Virus record (IMG/VR): IMGVR_UViG_3300024262_000020
Location: 23,616-87,615 of that record
DNA: 64,000 nucleotides
Direction: 5' to 3' (one strand)
Origin: a virus
The position numbers and the translations under genes were made by a program. The notes under the pieces were generated by a model. It saw nothing but the letters and a program-made list of their open reading frames with translations. It was not told the DNA's origin and searched no databases. Position 1 is the stretch's first letter, and each line of letters opens with the position of its first letter. Of the stretch, positions 37,287-47,625 are shown piece by piece.

Positions 37287-38047
37287 TGAAGAAATTATTT
37301 GAATTTAGAGTATTTGATATAATGAAGGATGATGAAAATCGTGAATTCCTTAATAAAGTTAAAGATGAAAATCCTGAACTTTATGATAGGTTTATGTCTT
37401 TAGTTGGTAATAAAGGATTAGAAATTGCTAAACAGAAATATTTACAATATGACCCCGAATGGATAAAAGAACAAAAGAGAAAGAAAACAAAAGAAGAAAA
37501 ACAAAGAGAAAAAGAAGAATCAAAAGATAGATTTAGACAAAGATTTTTAGATAAGTATCGTGAAGCGGTGACCAATATTAATATACATTTGGCTAGGACT
37601 CCATTAAGAGATGTAATTTATATTATAAGAGAGGAAAAAAATTTAAAAAGATGGAAAAAACAATATAAAACATTATTCAAAGATGTTGATAGTTCTCTAC
37701 ATGATATGGAAAATGAACCTATTGATTCTGTTAAAATAATACCACCATATTATAGATATCGTTCTGAATTTGGTGATGAACATATAGAAATTAAACAATA
37801 TGTAAATTTAGATGAAAATAAGAAAAAAATCAAAGATGTAAAATTTACTATTATATTTCATTTTGAACCAGAAGGGTTTGATGAATTTGAAGCGGATAGA
37901 GATATTAAAATAGGTCAGTTAACAACATATATCAGGTTAAATTTAAATGAATTAAAGGAACTCTTAGAAAAATTTAAATATTATATGAGTGATGAGTATA
38001 GAAAAAATTGGGAGATAGAACAAGAAACAGAAAAATATAATTTATAA
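37286..38047 (+). CDS. Hypothetical protein (MKKLFE...KYNL)
   Basis: Both terminal tags. Confidence 0.75.
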   Translation: MKKLFEFRVFDIMKDDENREFLNKVKDENPELYDRFMSLVGNKGLEIAKQKYLQYDPEWIKEQKRKKTKEEKQREKEESKDRFRQRFLDKYREAVTNINIHLARTPLRDVIYIIREEKNLKRWKKQYKTLFKDVDSSLHDMENEPIDSVKIIPPYYRYRSEFGDEHIEIKQYVNLDENKKKIKDVKFTIIFHFEPEGFDEFEADRDIKIGQLTTYIRLNLNELKELLEKFKYYMSDEYRKNWEIEQETEKYNL

Positions 38048-38959
38048 ATGGAATCGATTGTACAATTATTAATATCAATGATAGTAGCATATGAAGAATA
38101 TGGTGATGCTATTGGATATACAAAAGAGGAATTAGATAATTTTATTCAACAATATGAATTGGTTAAATTGAATTGGAACGAATTAGGTGCATTAGTATTG
38201 TATCATTATAAGTATATTACGAAAGAACAATTTGCTAAAGTCATGGAATTAGAAGTTGATGAAGATGGTGAATTTTGGATGGAGTTTAATGATTTTGAAG
38301 ATGCATTACCAAGTGATTTTGATTTTGAAGCAAAAGTTTTAAATGGTGATATGTGGGAAGATTGGCAACGTTCAGATTATTATGATTATGATTTTAGTTT
38401 TAATGATTTTTCAGAGGAAACATTAAAATCTGTGATAGAATATTGTGACAAAAATGATTGTTCAATAGATGTTGATGATGAAGATATTTTTCTTACAAAA
38501 GATAATTTGAGAATAGAAAATGGTAATATTTATTTTGGTGATGAAGATTTAGATGAGCATATGAAAGATGGTGGTATGGAAGATTTAAAATTACAAATAC
38601 AATTTGGTATATCTGATGCACATGATAATGCAGAATCTGATGCTGTATATAATGCGGTTAATAAAAATTTTAAAGAGGGTATTGGTTCTTATAAGTGGGT
38701 ATCTACAAAAAAGGGAGAAAAAAATGTTGAAATGTTATGGGTTAAAGTTGAGGTAGATTTAGATGATGTTATAGAAAAATTAAAAGATGATTATACTTAT
38801 AGAGATGAAACTGATTATTCATCTGGCTCTTATGGTAATATGTATTATGTTTTAAGGGAATTTGATTTTATAAATATGAAAAAACCAAATTTTGATTATT
38901 TATATTCTTCACCAACAACAAAAGATACTGATGAGTGTGTTAGAAACCGATTATATTAA
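38048..38959 (+). CDS. Acidic hypothetical protein
   Basis: 303 aa ORF. Confidence 0.7.
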   Translation: MESIVQLLISMIVAYEEYGDAIGYTKEELDNFIQQYELVKLNWNELGALVLYHYKYITKEQFAKVMELEVDEDGEFWMEFNDFEDALPSDFDFEAKVLNGDMWEDWQRSDYYDYDFSFNDFSEETLKSVIEYCDKNDCSIDVDDEDIFLTKDNLRIENGNIYFGDEDLDEHMKDGGMEDLKLQIQFGISDAHDNAESDAVYNAVNKNFKEGIGSYKWVSTKKGEKNVEMLWVKVEVDLDDVIEKLKDDYTYRDETDYSSGSYGNMYYVLREFDFINMKKPNFDYLYSSPTTKDTDECVRNRLY

Positions 38960-38976
38960 AAAATTAATAAAGCATT

Positions 38977-39618
38977 ATGGTAATAACAAAATATAAATTA
39001 TTTGAACAAAAATTAGAAACAACTGAGGAATTATCAAAATTGTTAGATATGGCAATTGCAACTGATGATTTGGAACTCGTTAAATTTTTTGTAAGTAAAG
39101 GCGCAAGATCAACTGATGACACATTAGAAAATGCATCTTATGATGAAGATATTTTCAAATATCTATTAGACAATAATTATAAACTTAAACTAAGTGTAAG
39201 TAGATTGAATGATACTGGTGTACAAAAGACTTTGATAGATTATAATAAATATAACTACATATTGGAGAATCTTGGATATTTTAATAAGCAATTAAAGAGT
39301 GATAAAAAATATAAAGAATCTGTTGATAATTTCTTTAAAAATCCTGGTAAATCTAAGGAAAGTCTTTTATTCTACCAACATGCATTTGAATGGGCAAAAG
39401 ATGATAAAGAGTTGTTTTTATATTTTTTAGAAGAAGGTGGTGATTATAAAAGTCTTAAACGTGAAATTTTGAAAGAACCAGAAGCACAAAAAGCCTTGAT
39501 AGATTTTGGTAAGGATTTATTTGTTAAAGATGTAGGATTTAGTCCAGAGTTGAGAGATGATCCTAAATATAAAAAGTGGCTTGAAATGGGTGAAGAATTT
39601 GATAAATATAATATGTAA
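38977..39618 (+). CDS. Ankyrin-like repeat protein (...KYNM)
   Basis: LDMAIATDDLELVKFFVSKGA; internal duplication (IFKYLLD...QKTLIDY / LFLYFLE...QKALIDF). Confidence 0.6.
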   Translation: MVITKYKLFEQKLETTEELSKLLDMAIATDDLELVKFFVSKGARSTDDTLENASYDEDIFKYLLDNNYKLKLSVSRLNDTGVQKTLIDYNKYNYILENLGYFNKQLKSDKKYKESVDNFFKNPGKSKESLLFYQHAFEWAKDDKELFLYFLEEGGDYKSLKREILKEPEAQKALIDFGKDLFVKDVGFSPELRDDPKYKKWLEMGEEFDKYNM

Positions 39619-39619
39619 T

Positions 39620-40633
39620 TTATAATATTATTTTACCTACATTATCTGTTTGTACATTCACAATTTTTTTCTTATTTTTATACATATTATACATTCTAAC
39701 AGTTTCATCAACCACACTACCAACAGAAGGATGACATTTATAAATATCCGCATTTAGACTTTGATCACCAATACTTTCAGGCTTTTCTAAACAAAATGGT
39801 ATAGGTGCAATTTTATTAAATTCGCCATTATATTTCATATAATATGTCATATCAGATGCACACAATAATTTACAATCACCAGAGATATATTTATATTTAT
39901 AGTTTTGACGATTATTTCTATATGGTGCTCTAAATCTTGGATCAATTGAACTACCTAATTGTATAATTGCCGCATCTGTCATACCAGCAAGGTGTAATAT
40001 GCCAGAATCCATAGTAATAACTACGGTAGATTTATTTAATATGTGCCATGTTTGATGTATAGAAATTTTGTTCATTAAGTTTAACCCATTTTTAATTTCT
40101 ATGTCAAATGTGGGTTTTTGTGTGTTATATGTTCCGATTTCAGATGAACTTTTACCAATAGCAACAATAGGTATATTGTAAGTGTCGATAATATTTACCA
40201 AATTTTGCCATCTATGTTCTTCCCAAGTTCTTGAAGGCCAAGTTTTTACTGGATGTATTACGATATAATCTTTTGGCAAATTTTCAATAGGTATATAATC
40301 ATTAGGATAGAATTCAATATTCATTTCTTCGGGTAAAAGTTGAGCACCAATCTTATTTGCGTGAAACTGTCTAATATCGATTCTTGGGTGAATATCTTTT
40401 GATAAATTAAATGTGTCTATAACTATCCAATTTGGATCTGATGATAATCTATTAATTTCATTATTATCGAATTCTCTCACATCTATGTAAGGATAGTTTT
40501 TTAATAATTCTATATTATGTGTAAAAACTAAAATGTTTTTTTGGTATAGGTTGTGTAAGAGTTTTATAGTGGGTATTGATGATATGATATCCCCCATACC
40601 TGAACAACTTAAAAATACTGCTATATTTTTCAA
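39620..40633 (-). CDS. Glycosyltransferase family 9 (heptosyltransferase-like)
   Basis: GMGDII...P, IVIHP...RTW, ITMDSGILHLA. Confidence 0.82.
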   Translation of the reverse strand: MKNIAVFLSCSGMGDIISSIPTIKLLHNLYQKNILVFTHNIELLKNYPYIDVREFDNNEINRLSSDPNWIVIDTFNLSKDIHPRIDIRQFHANKIGAQLLPEEMNIEFYPNDYIPIENLPKDYIVIHPVKTWPSRTWEEHRWQNLVNIIDTYNIPIVAIGKSSSEIGTYNTQKPTFDIEIKNGLNLMNKISIHQTWHILNKSTVVITMDSGILHLAGMTDAAIIQLGSSIDPRFRAPYRNNRQNYKYKYISGDCKLLCASDMTYYMKYNGEFNKIAPIPFCLEKPESIGDQSLNADIYKCHPSVGSVVDETVRMYNMYKNKKKIVNVQTDNVGKIIL

Positions 40634-40717
40634 CTAATAATTTTTTTCTTTATATAAATGAAAATAAGAAATTAGTTTACTAAAAACTTATTATTATATA
40701 ATTGATATATAAAATAT

Positions 40718-41926
40718 ATGAAAGAAAGTATTGAATTAGATAAAGGTTACGTTAAATCTAAGATACAAGAAGTTTTAAATCATGCACATTCTGAGAGTAG
40801 AAAACAGGATATTAGAGAATATCCTGAACGACTAAATTTTGCTTGTCCTATTTGTGGTGATTCTGAAAAAGTTGCGAGTAAAAAACGTGGTAATCTTTAT
40901 TTTAAGAATATGATGTATATTTGTTTTAACGAAGATGGTTGTTCTAGATCTTTTTTAAAACTTTTGAAAAATTTTAATATTGATATTGACTTAGAGAAAA
41001 AAGTTGATATTTATAATTATATAGATATCAATGCTAAGTATAGTCGCAAAGATGATAATTTTGTGGCTCAACGATTAGATAAATTAATGGATATTAATGA
41101 AATTTGTGATTTCTTTAATAGTCATCCAGAAACTGAATTTTCAGATTTTGGACCTATTCAAAAAAATTCAAGAGTGTTTCAATATTTAAAATATGAAAGG
41201 TTTATAAGTGATTTCACGAACTTATATGAAGCAAAGTATCACATATCACCAAAATGGATAGAACCTGTTATAATCATCCTAAACAAGTCTGGTGATAAAG
41301 TTTTGGGTATGCAAGTTCGTAATTTAAAAAGTGAAAAGAAGAAGCGACTTTTTAAAACTTATAATTTTGAAAAGTTATATAATATCTTGCATGAAGATGA
41401 TCCATTAGATGAAATTGAAGCTTTATCATATAATAAATTATCTAATTTTTATAATATATTAAATGTTAATTGGGAAAAACCTGTTACTATGTTTGAAGGT
41501 TATTTGGATTCTATTTTTTATCCAAATTCAATAGGGGCAATTGGTATTAATAGTACAGAAGATATGGACTTTTTATTAGAAAATGATGATGATTTACAGT
41601 TACAGTTTTTTTATGATCAGGACCATATTGGAATTAGAAAATCTATACAGAAATTAGATGAAGGTTATCGTGTATTTTTATGGCAAAGATTAGTTGATAA
41701 ATTAATATCAAATAAGAGAGATAAATATGAAGCGGAAAAATATGCATTAAAAATAAAAGATTTAAATAATTTGGTTCAAGAAATGAAAAATCCAGAACCA
41801 TATGAAAAATTAAAATTATATAATTATTTTTCAAATGATGAATTTGATAAAATTTATTTAAATCCATCTAAATATCCTGATAATAGGAAACAATATTGGG
41901 ATAGTAAAAAAGATAAGAGAATATGA
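40718..41926 (+). CDS. DNA primase (T4 gp61-like)
   Basis: NFACPICGDS...KRG...CFN..C zinc finger; FEGYLDS and YDQD TOPRIM motifs. Confidence 0.85.
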   Translation: MKESIELDKGYVKSKIQEVLNHAHSESRKQDIREYPERLNFACPICGDSEKVASKKRGNLYFKNMMYICFNEDGCSRSFLKLLKNFNIDIDLEKKVDIYNYIDINAKYSRKDDNFVAQRLDKLMDINEICDFFNSHPETEFSDFGPIQKNSRVFQYLKYERFISDFTNLYEAKYHISPKWIEPVIIILNKSGDKVLGMQVRNLKSEKKKRLFKTYNFEKLYNILHEDDPLDEIEALSYNKLSNFYNILNVNWEKPVTMFEGYLDSIFYPNSIGAIGINSTEDMDFLLENDDDLQLQFFYDQDHIGIRKSIQKLDEGYRVFLWQRLVDKLISNKRDKYEAEKYALKIKDLNNLVQEMKNPEPYEKLKLYNYFSNDEFDKIYLNPSKYPDNRKQYWDSKKDKRI

Positions 41927-42045
41927 AAACGATTTTGAGATATATACTATTCATTCCTATTGTGGTATTTATGTTAATAGGGGGTATTGGAATAGTATTT
42001 TTAATTCTTGGTGAAAAACTTGGAAGAAAAGTAGATTTACTATAA
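41923..42045 (+). CDS. Small membrane peptide (40 aa, not in track)
   Basis: MKTILRYILFIPIVVFMLIGGIGIVFLILG..., ATGA-coupled. Confidence 0.5.
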   Translation: MKTILRYILFIPIVVFMLIGGIGIVFLILGEKLGRKVDLL

Positions 42046-42059
42046 AAAATAAAAATTAG

Positions 42060-42584
42060 ATGAACAAAAAAGAAGTAAGTTACAGAATAAATAAACAAAT
42101 TAGAGTACCTGAAATTAGGTTAGTTGGCGAGAATGTAGAACCTGGCATTTATGATACCAAAGTAGCAATTTCGATGGCGAATGAAATGGATTTAGATTTG
42201 GTTGAGATATCACCAAATGCAAGACCTCCAGTTTGTAAAATTATGGATTATCAAAAATATTTGTATGATAAGAGAAAGAAAGATAAAGAGCAACAAAAGA
42301 AACAAAAATTATCTCAAATGCAAATGAAAGAAATTAGGTTAACACCTAATACTGATGAACATGATTTTGATTTTAAACTAAAACATGCTATTAAATTTCT
42401 ACAAGAAAATAATAAAGTTAAAGTAACAATATTCTTTAGAGGTAGAGAGATTATGTTTAGAGATAAGGGTGAATTTATGATTTTAAGTTTTGTTGAATCA
42501 TTAAAAGATTATGGTGTCGCTGAATCTATGCCAAAATTAGAAGGGAAAAGAATGTCGTTGTTTGTGAGACCAAAAAAAGTATGA
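42060..42584 (+). CDS. infC: Translation initiation factor IF-3
   Basis: RINKQIRVPEIRLV, LDLVEISPNARPPVCKIMDY, KEIRL...HDFDFKLKHA, FRGRE, PKLEGKRM. Confidence 0.95.
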   Translation: MNKKEVSYRINKQIRVPEIRLVGENVEPGIYDTKVAISMANEMDLDLVEISPNARPPVCKIMDYQKYLYDKRKKDKEQQKKQKLSQMQMKEIRLTPNTDEHDFDFKLKHAIKFLQENNKVKVTIFFRGREIMFRDKGEFMILSFVESLKDYGVAESMPKLEGKRMSLFVRPKKV

Positions 42585-42964
42585 AAAGGAAAATTCTTAA
42601 AATATACGCTAAATTAAAAATTAAGTTTAATGTTGATTATGTATTAACACAACAAGAAAGGGACATATTTAATATATTTATAAAATTTCTATATGCTGAC
42701 GAAACTAAGACTTTATTTTTTCCACAGTCTGAGAAATGGATGTTAATAACTCCTGATGAAAGATATTTTTTAATATTACAACATAAATATATAAAAATTG
42801 CTAATCATCAATTTTTTACTGAAAAAGAAATACATGAAAATTTTTATAGAAAGATGAGAATGATTCTAAATAAAAAAGTTGAAAATGATAGACTTAAGTA
42901 TGAGAAGATGATTGAACGAAATTTTGAAAAATTGATGGAAGATTTATCTAAAAATATAAAATGA
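42581..42964 (+). CDS. Hypothetical protein
   Basis: 127 aa coupled ORF. Confidence 0.65.
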   Translation: MKRKILKIYAKLKIKFNVDYVLTQQERDIFNIFIKFLYADETKTLFFPQSEKWMLITPDERYFLILQHKYIKIANHQFFTEKEIHENFYRKMRMILNKKVENDRLKYEKMIERNFEKLMEDLSKNIK

Positions 42965-43191
42965 AAAAAGAAGAAGCCGATAGAATATATAAAAAACTTA
43001 GAGAAGAATATACTGATGAAGAAATTGCAGATTCATTTGTATTTTCAATTGATATGACTGATGAAGAAAGAAAACAACTTCAAATTGAAATTAACACTCG
43101 TAGAAACAGTATGACTGATATTGATAAAGAAAGAGTAAAGAAATTTGTTGAAAAATTAAGAAAAGAAGATGGATCCAAATATTCTAAATAA
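42961..43191 (+). CDS. Hypothetical protein
   Basis: 76 aa coupled ORF. Confidence 0.6.
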   Translation: MKKEEADRIYKKLREEYTDEEIADSFVFSIDMTDEERKQLQIEINTRRNSMTDIDKERVKKFVEKLRKEDGSKYSK

Positions 43192-43399
43192 ACTTATAGA
43201 ATTATATGAAGGTGGTAGTTGGATAACTACTAATCAATTAATCAGAGAATTAGGACAGTTTGGTAAACCTACACAAATTGTAGATGAATTAATTAGTCAA
43301 AAAATTATTGAAAGACTTATCGATGAGAAGATTGATATATGTTCATTTAGAACCACAAAATTTACTAGAATTCTTAAATTGAAAAACCTCTCAGATTGA
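43169..43399 (+). CDS. Hypothetical winged-helix-like protein
   Basis: 76 aa; ends TRILKLKNL. Confidence 0.5.
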   Translation: MDPNILNKLIELYEGGSWITTNQLIRELGQFGKPTQIVDELISQKIIERLIDEKIDICSFRTTKFTRILKLKNLSD

Positions 43400-43409
43400 G
43401 AGGTTTTTT
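43382..43409. terminator. Bidirectional terminator
   Basis: AAAAACCTCTCA-GAT-TGAGAGGTTTTTT between convergent genes. Confidence 0.75.
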
Positions 43410-43451
43410 ATCCTATTTGTTTAACAAATACCTTTAAATGTTTCATGATTT

Positions 43452-43718
43452 TTAAATATTCTTCATTGCAGGACTTGAGGCATCTTCACCCCATACACCT
43501 GTTTCAGTTGGGTGTTCTTTTAAATATTTAGCATAAAGTTTTTGTACATCATCATACATTACTTTATATCTATCATACTTAACCCCTTTTTTATCTAAAA
43601 AGTCTTGCATTTTTGACATTTTCATTGTTAAATATGCAGTATTATCTGGTCCTGATGTTGTATGAACTGTACTACCTCTATCGTTTGTATAATCTTCAAA
43701 TACCTTTATATGTTTCAT
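43452..43718 (-). CDS. Hypothetical protein (MKHIKVFE)
   Basis: N-terminal tag. Confidence 0.7.
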   Translation of the reverse strand: MKHIKVFEDYTNDRGSTVHTTSGPDNTAYLTMKMSKMQDFLDKKGVKYDRYKVMYDDVQKLYAKYLKEHPTETGVWGEDASSPAMKNI

Positions 43719-43733
43719 TGTTAATAATTTTTT

Positions 43734-44024
43734 TTATGCTCGTTCTATTTCATTCCAAGCCTGTTTCACTTTATCAAAATCTTCATCTATCAAAAATACT
43801 ATTCGGTTTAAATTGCTACCTACTTGGTACCATGTGACACTATTTTTGCTTAACCAAGAAAAAAATGAACGTTCAGTTGAGTCCCCCATTTCCACAATTT
43901 TAGAGATGTCTATAACATTATTTGGTTTTGATTCTGGTGTTGGTATGCTATTATAGTCAGCCATTCTAGTTTTTCCTAATATGTTTCCAAATTCTGGGCT
44001 TTCAAATATTTTAACATGTTTCAT
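43734..44024 (-). CDS. Hypothetical protein (MKHVKIFE)
   Basis: N-terminal tag. Confidence 0.7.
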   Translation of the reverse strand: MKHVKIFESPEFGNILGKTRMADYNSIPTPESKPNNVIDISKIVEMGDSTERSFFSWLSKNSVTWYQVGSNLNRIVFLIDEDFDKVKQAWNEIERA

Positions 44025-44030
44025 AATATC

Positions 44031-45026
44031 TTATCTATTTTTTTCGGCAAAATCTATTAAAGTTTTGACTAATATTTTCATTTCAGATTCGTTTCTTGCT
44101 AATTTCATCATATGAGGAATTGTCCACATTGAGTAGTCACTAAAACTCCAACCTGGACTTGTCATCCAAACAAATATAGGTTTATTCATATATGATAATG
44201 TTTCTGCTTCGCCAAATGTTCCTGAAGCTGCTGCAGGATTTAATCCAAGAAATGTAGCGTCTGTGATTCTTACAAGGTGCTCATCATCAGGTTCGATTGT
44301 TTTTGATAATGTTGTTCTTATGTTAGTAATTGTTGGTTCATATTCCTCAGGTGGAGTGTCTTGTCCAAATGATTTATAACCTTTAGCCGCTGCGGCAAAT
44401 TCTGGATCTTTTGTTCTATCAACTTCTTTTCTTACAGGATTCAAAGTTACTGGTCTACAGGGGTATAATTTTTCAGTTTTCTTGTGATCTGCAAGATACA
44501 TATTTAAAAATTCACCTTCAATAACTCTACAAGGATGTACATCACCAAATTCACCCATATTTATTTCAGGTAAATCACTTTCTTTTCTTTTATATGTTTC
44601 AAATTCGTTTTCAACAACATGTCTCCAACCAGCACCAACATCAACAGCTTTGTCCATACCACCTGCTAAATAGAGTCCAGTTAATTTAAAACTTGGGATC
44701 AATTCTTTCACATCATCAAGATTCTCTAAATCAAACCAATTAAGTTTTTCTTTAACTTCCATATAGAAATCTTTTTTCTTGTTAATAATATATTTCCATA
44801 TTTGATTAAACACACCTCTATGAAATTTATCTTTCATTTTAACCAACCAATTTCCAATTACACTTTCATTAAGGCTTTCATTTTGATTAATCAATTCATC
44901 TAAAGAATCTCGAAATTCTAATATTTCTTTTGTTGGTAACTCTTTCATTAAATCTAATATAGCAAACACATCAGAGTTATTTCCCATTTGTTCGTTTAAG
45001 AAATCTTTATATTTTTTATGTATCAT
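44031..45026 (-). CDS. Nucleoside 2-deoxyribosyltransferase-like domain protein
   Basis: LYLAGGM...GWR...LNP...D...SGTFGE...KPIFVW. Confidence 0.55.
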   Translation of the reverse strand: MIHKKYKDFLNEQMGNNSDVFAILDLMKELPTKEILEFRDSLDELINQNESLNESVIGNWLVKMKDKFHRGVFNQIWKYIINKKKDFYMEVKEKLNWFDLENLDDVKELIPSFKLTGLYLAGGMDKAVDVGAGWRHVVENEFETYKRKESDLPEINMGEFGDVHPCRVIEGEFLNMYLADHKKTEKLYPCRPVTLNPVRKEVDRTKDPEFAAAAKGYKSFGQDTPPEEYEPTITNIRTTLSKTIEPDDEHLVRITDATFLGLNPAAASGTFGEAETLSYMNKPIFVWMTSPGWSFSDYSMWTIPHMMKLARNESEMKILVKTLIDFAEKNR

Positions 45027-45065
45027 CCTTTACTCTTGTTTTTTATTATATATTAATTTTAAAAA

Positions 45066-45323
45066 TTAATTACTATGTCTATTGTAATATTTTGAAACTG
45101 TATAATTGAAGAAATTTCTAATTATTAAGTTTGATTCAATCATATTTAAATACATTGGTTTTATTCTATTGATAAACCCCCTTGTCATTGGATTTTGAAA
45201 CATTATATTTGATAATGATTTTGACATAAGATTTTCTTCATAATCAAACCCTGTATGAGTTTCATTATCATTAATATGTTTTAAGTCGTACAATTCTTTT
45301 ATTTGTGATTCTCTATCTAGCAT
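45066..45323 (-). CDS. Hypothetical protein
   Basis: 85 aa ORF. Confidence 0.6.
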   Translation of the reverse strand: MLDRESQIKELYDLKHINDNETHTGFDYEENLMSKSLSNIMFQNPMTRGFINRIKPMYLNMIESNLIIRNFFNYTVSKYYNRHSN

Positions 45324-45331
45324 TTGTTTAA

Positions 45332-45856
45332 TTATTTTATTTCTGGTTTTACTTTTTTGTCACTCCAAATATAGAAACCATTTAATTCACCATCATAATG
45401 AAAATTAGATAATGCTGCGATTATTGTTAATGCTTGGTCAAAAGTGATTATTTGTTGAAATGTTGTTTTAACAGCATCTTTATCAATAAATGTAATAGGT
45501 TTTATTTGTATTCCAAAAATATCTAACATATCAGGAATATCAGTATAAAAATCACTAAGTGCGTAAGTTACGACATTTTCTCTTATATTTTCAACATCAT
45601 CTTTATCAAATACCATTGACTTAAACACTACTCGTTCTGAGTTTAAAATATCACCTGACAAATCATTTACTTTAAATAGATGTTTTTTCTTATCAATTAA
45701 ATCAACATATTGTTCAAAGGTGTTAAAGTGTGATAATAGTGCTTTTTTATGTGAGTTGCCTGCAAATTTGATATTATATAGAAATTCTTCTAATTTAACA
45801 TTAGGTATTTGAAATTCATTTATTTGATCAAACTCTGTGTATTTTATTATATCCAT
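45332..45856 (-). CDS. Hypothetical protein
   Basis: 174 aa ORF. Confidence 0.7.
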   Translation of the reverse strand: MDIIKYTEFDQINEFQIPNVKLEEFLYNIKFAGNSHKKALLSHFNTFEQYVDLIDKKKHLFKVNDLSGDILNSERVVFKSMVFDKDDVENIRENVVTYALSDFYTDIPDMLDIFGIQIKPITFIDKDAVKTTFQQIITFDQALTIIAALSNFHYDGELNGFYIWSDKKVKPEIK

Positions 45857-45869
45857 AACTTATATATTT

Positions 45870-46169
45870 TTATTTAAAATTTTCGAATTTTTTTAATTTC
45901 TTTTGATCTTTTTCGTGAGCAATTTTATCATCAAGCATATCCATAAGAACTTCTTTGGTGAATTTTTTATATTGTGCTTCATCATCAAAAAGATTTATAG
46001 ATTTATTTCTTATATCTTCAAGAATATCATCAAAGTTTGTAGTTTTCTTATAATATTTTTTCAATGAAGAATATGAGATTCCTCTCATATGATAGGATTT
46101 AATTATCCCATCTAAAGCATTAAAAACATCTTGTTTAGCTTGTTTTAGTATATTGCTATTATTATCCAT
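45870..46169 (-). CDS. Hypothetical protein (true start MDNNSN)
   Basis: TAATATATA motif at 46175-46183 just upstream; ends KKLKKFENFK. Confidence 0.65.
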   Translation of the reverse strand: MDNNSNILKQAKQDVFNALDGIIKSYHMRGISYSSLKKYYKKTTNFDDILEDIRNKSINLFDDEAQYKKFTKEVLMDMLDDKIAHEKDQKKLKKFENFK

Positions 46170-46263
46170 ATTGTTATATATTAAATTTAAAAATCCATTT
46201 AGATTATTTAAACTAAATCTAAATAGAAACATATAAAAAGAGTGAAAAAATAATACAAAATGA

Positions 46264-47622
46264 TTGACAGCAGAAGAGAAAAGAAAAAGAGTAGCAGAGT
46301 TAAAGAAGAAGATAAATAAAACACAAGAGGAATACGATATTGCAAAAGCGATGCAACTTGCGTTGAAACTTGTTATTAATGGTACATATGGTGCCTTTGC
46401 ACATCCTAAGTTTGTACTTTCCAATTCACATATTGCTAATGCAATTACGGCTATGGGTCGTGATGTTATTAATTATATGCTTGATAAAATAGAACAATAT
46501 TTTTATGAAGAATGGCATTTAGATGTAGAATCACACAGGAAATTGGGTGTTGAATATATTGGTTCAAAAGATGGGAAATTTTTCTTATTAGATAGAGAAG
46601 GAAACAATTTACATTATCCACATTCAAGTTTTGAAGAATTAAGAAATAAACTCAACATGTTTGATTTGAAGAAAATTGAAAAACTTGAGATAAATGGATA
46701 CGAAATAGAATATTATAGAGAATTATTCAAATTTGATAATATTCGACCCATACCTAGAGAAGAACACATTATTATTTATGGTGATACTGATTCATTATAT
46801 GTGTCATTTGCACCTATCATTAAATCTTGTGAATTTAAAGGTGATGAGTTGGATTTTATATTACATCTTGATAGAGTGATAGTTAAAAATACTTTTAAAA
46901 AATATTTAGATGAATATGCAGAAAGATTTGGAGTAAAAAATATTCATGATTTTGAGTTAGAAACAATTAATCGTTCAGCACTCCATATCGAAAAGAAAAA
47001 TTATATCAATAATGTGGCTTGGGAAGATGGTATTTTCTATGAAAATTTATCTTATTTTTATCCAAAAGGTGTTGAGATTGTTAAATCTTCCACACCACCA
47101 TTTGTTAGGGAAAATATTTATGATTTCCTTAGATATATTTTTGGTAATCCACACAATTTAAATATTAGAAAAATACTTCAGTTGGTTAAAGATATGAAAA
47201 GACAATTTATGATGGCTAATATTGAAGATATATCAATGACAACATCTTGTTCTAATTATGAATCAAAAGTGTTAGATGATGTGACTGATTCAGTTACAGT
47301 TAAAGGTGCACATTTTGGAGTTAAAGCCGCAGCGTTTCATAATTATTTATTGAATAAAAATTCAGAATATAAAGTGAAATATGATATGATAAAAGGTGGT
47401 AGAATTAAATACTATTATTGTCAACATCCTAAGAATGATGTATTTGCATATATGAGAAGTTTTCATCCAACCGAACTTACAGAAAAAGAAGGTGTGCAAG
47501 TAGATTATGACACTCAATTTGATAAGACATTTTTAAAGATTGTAAATCGATTCTTAAATCCAATTGGTTTGCCAACAATTAATAAGAGATTGTCAGTATT
47601 AAATTCAATATTTCAAATTTAA
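46264..47622 (+). CDS. Family B DNA polymerase, C-terminal subunit of a split gene
   Basis: KLVINGTYG (motif B), IYGDTDS (motif C), KKNY, KGVEIVKSSTP; no exonuclease or motif A. Confidence 0.88.
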   Translation: MTAEEKRKRVAELKKKINKTQEEYDIAKAMQLALKLVINGTYGAFAHPKFVLSNSHIANAITAMGRDVINYMLDKIEQYFYEEWHLDVESHRKLGVEYIGSKDGKFFLLDREGNNLHYPHSSFEELRNKLNMFDLKKIEKLEINGYEIEYYRELFKFDNIRPIPREEHIIIYGDTDSLYVSFAPIIKSCEFKGDELDFILHLDRVIVKNTFKKYLDEYAERFGVKNIHDFELETINRSALHIEKKNYINNVAWEDGIFYENLSYFYPKGVEIVKSSTPPFVRENIYDFLRYIFGNPHNLNIRKILQLVKDMKRQFMMANIEDISMTTSCSNYESKVLDDVTDSVTVKGAHFGVKAAAFHNYLLNKNSEYKVKYDMIKGGRIKYYYCQHPKNDVFAYMRSFHPTELTEKEGVQVDYDTQFDKTFLKIVNRFLNPIGLPTINKRLSVLNSIFQI

Positions 47623-47625
47623 ATT

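Noticed and set aside
46170-46424. N-terminal extension of ORF 45870..46424
   Set aside because: Antisense to the polymerase; promoter motif supports a start at 46169
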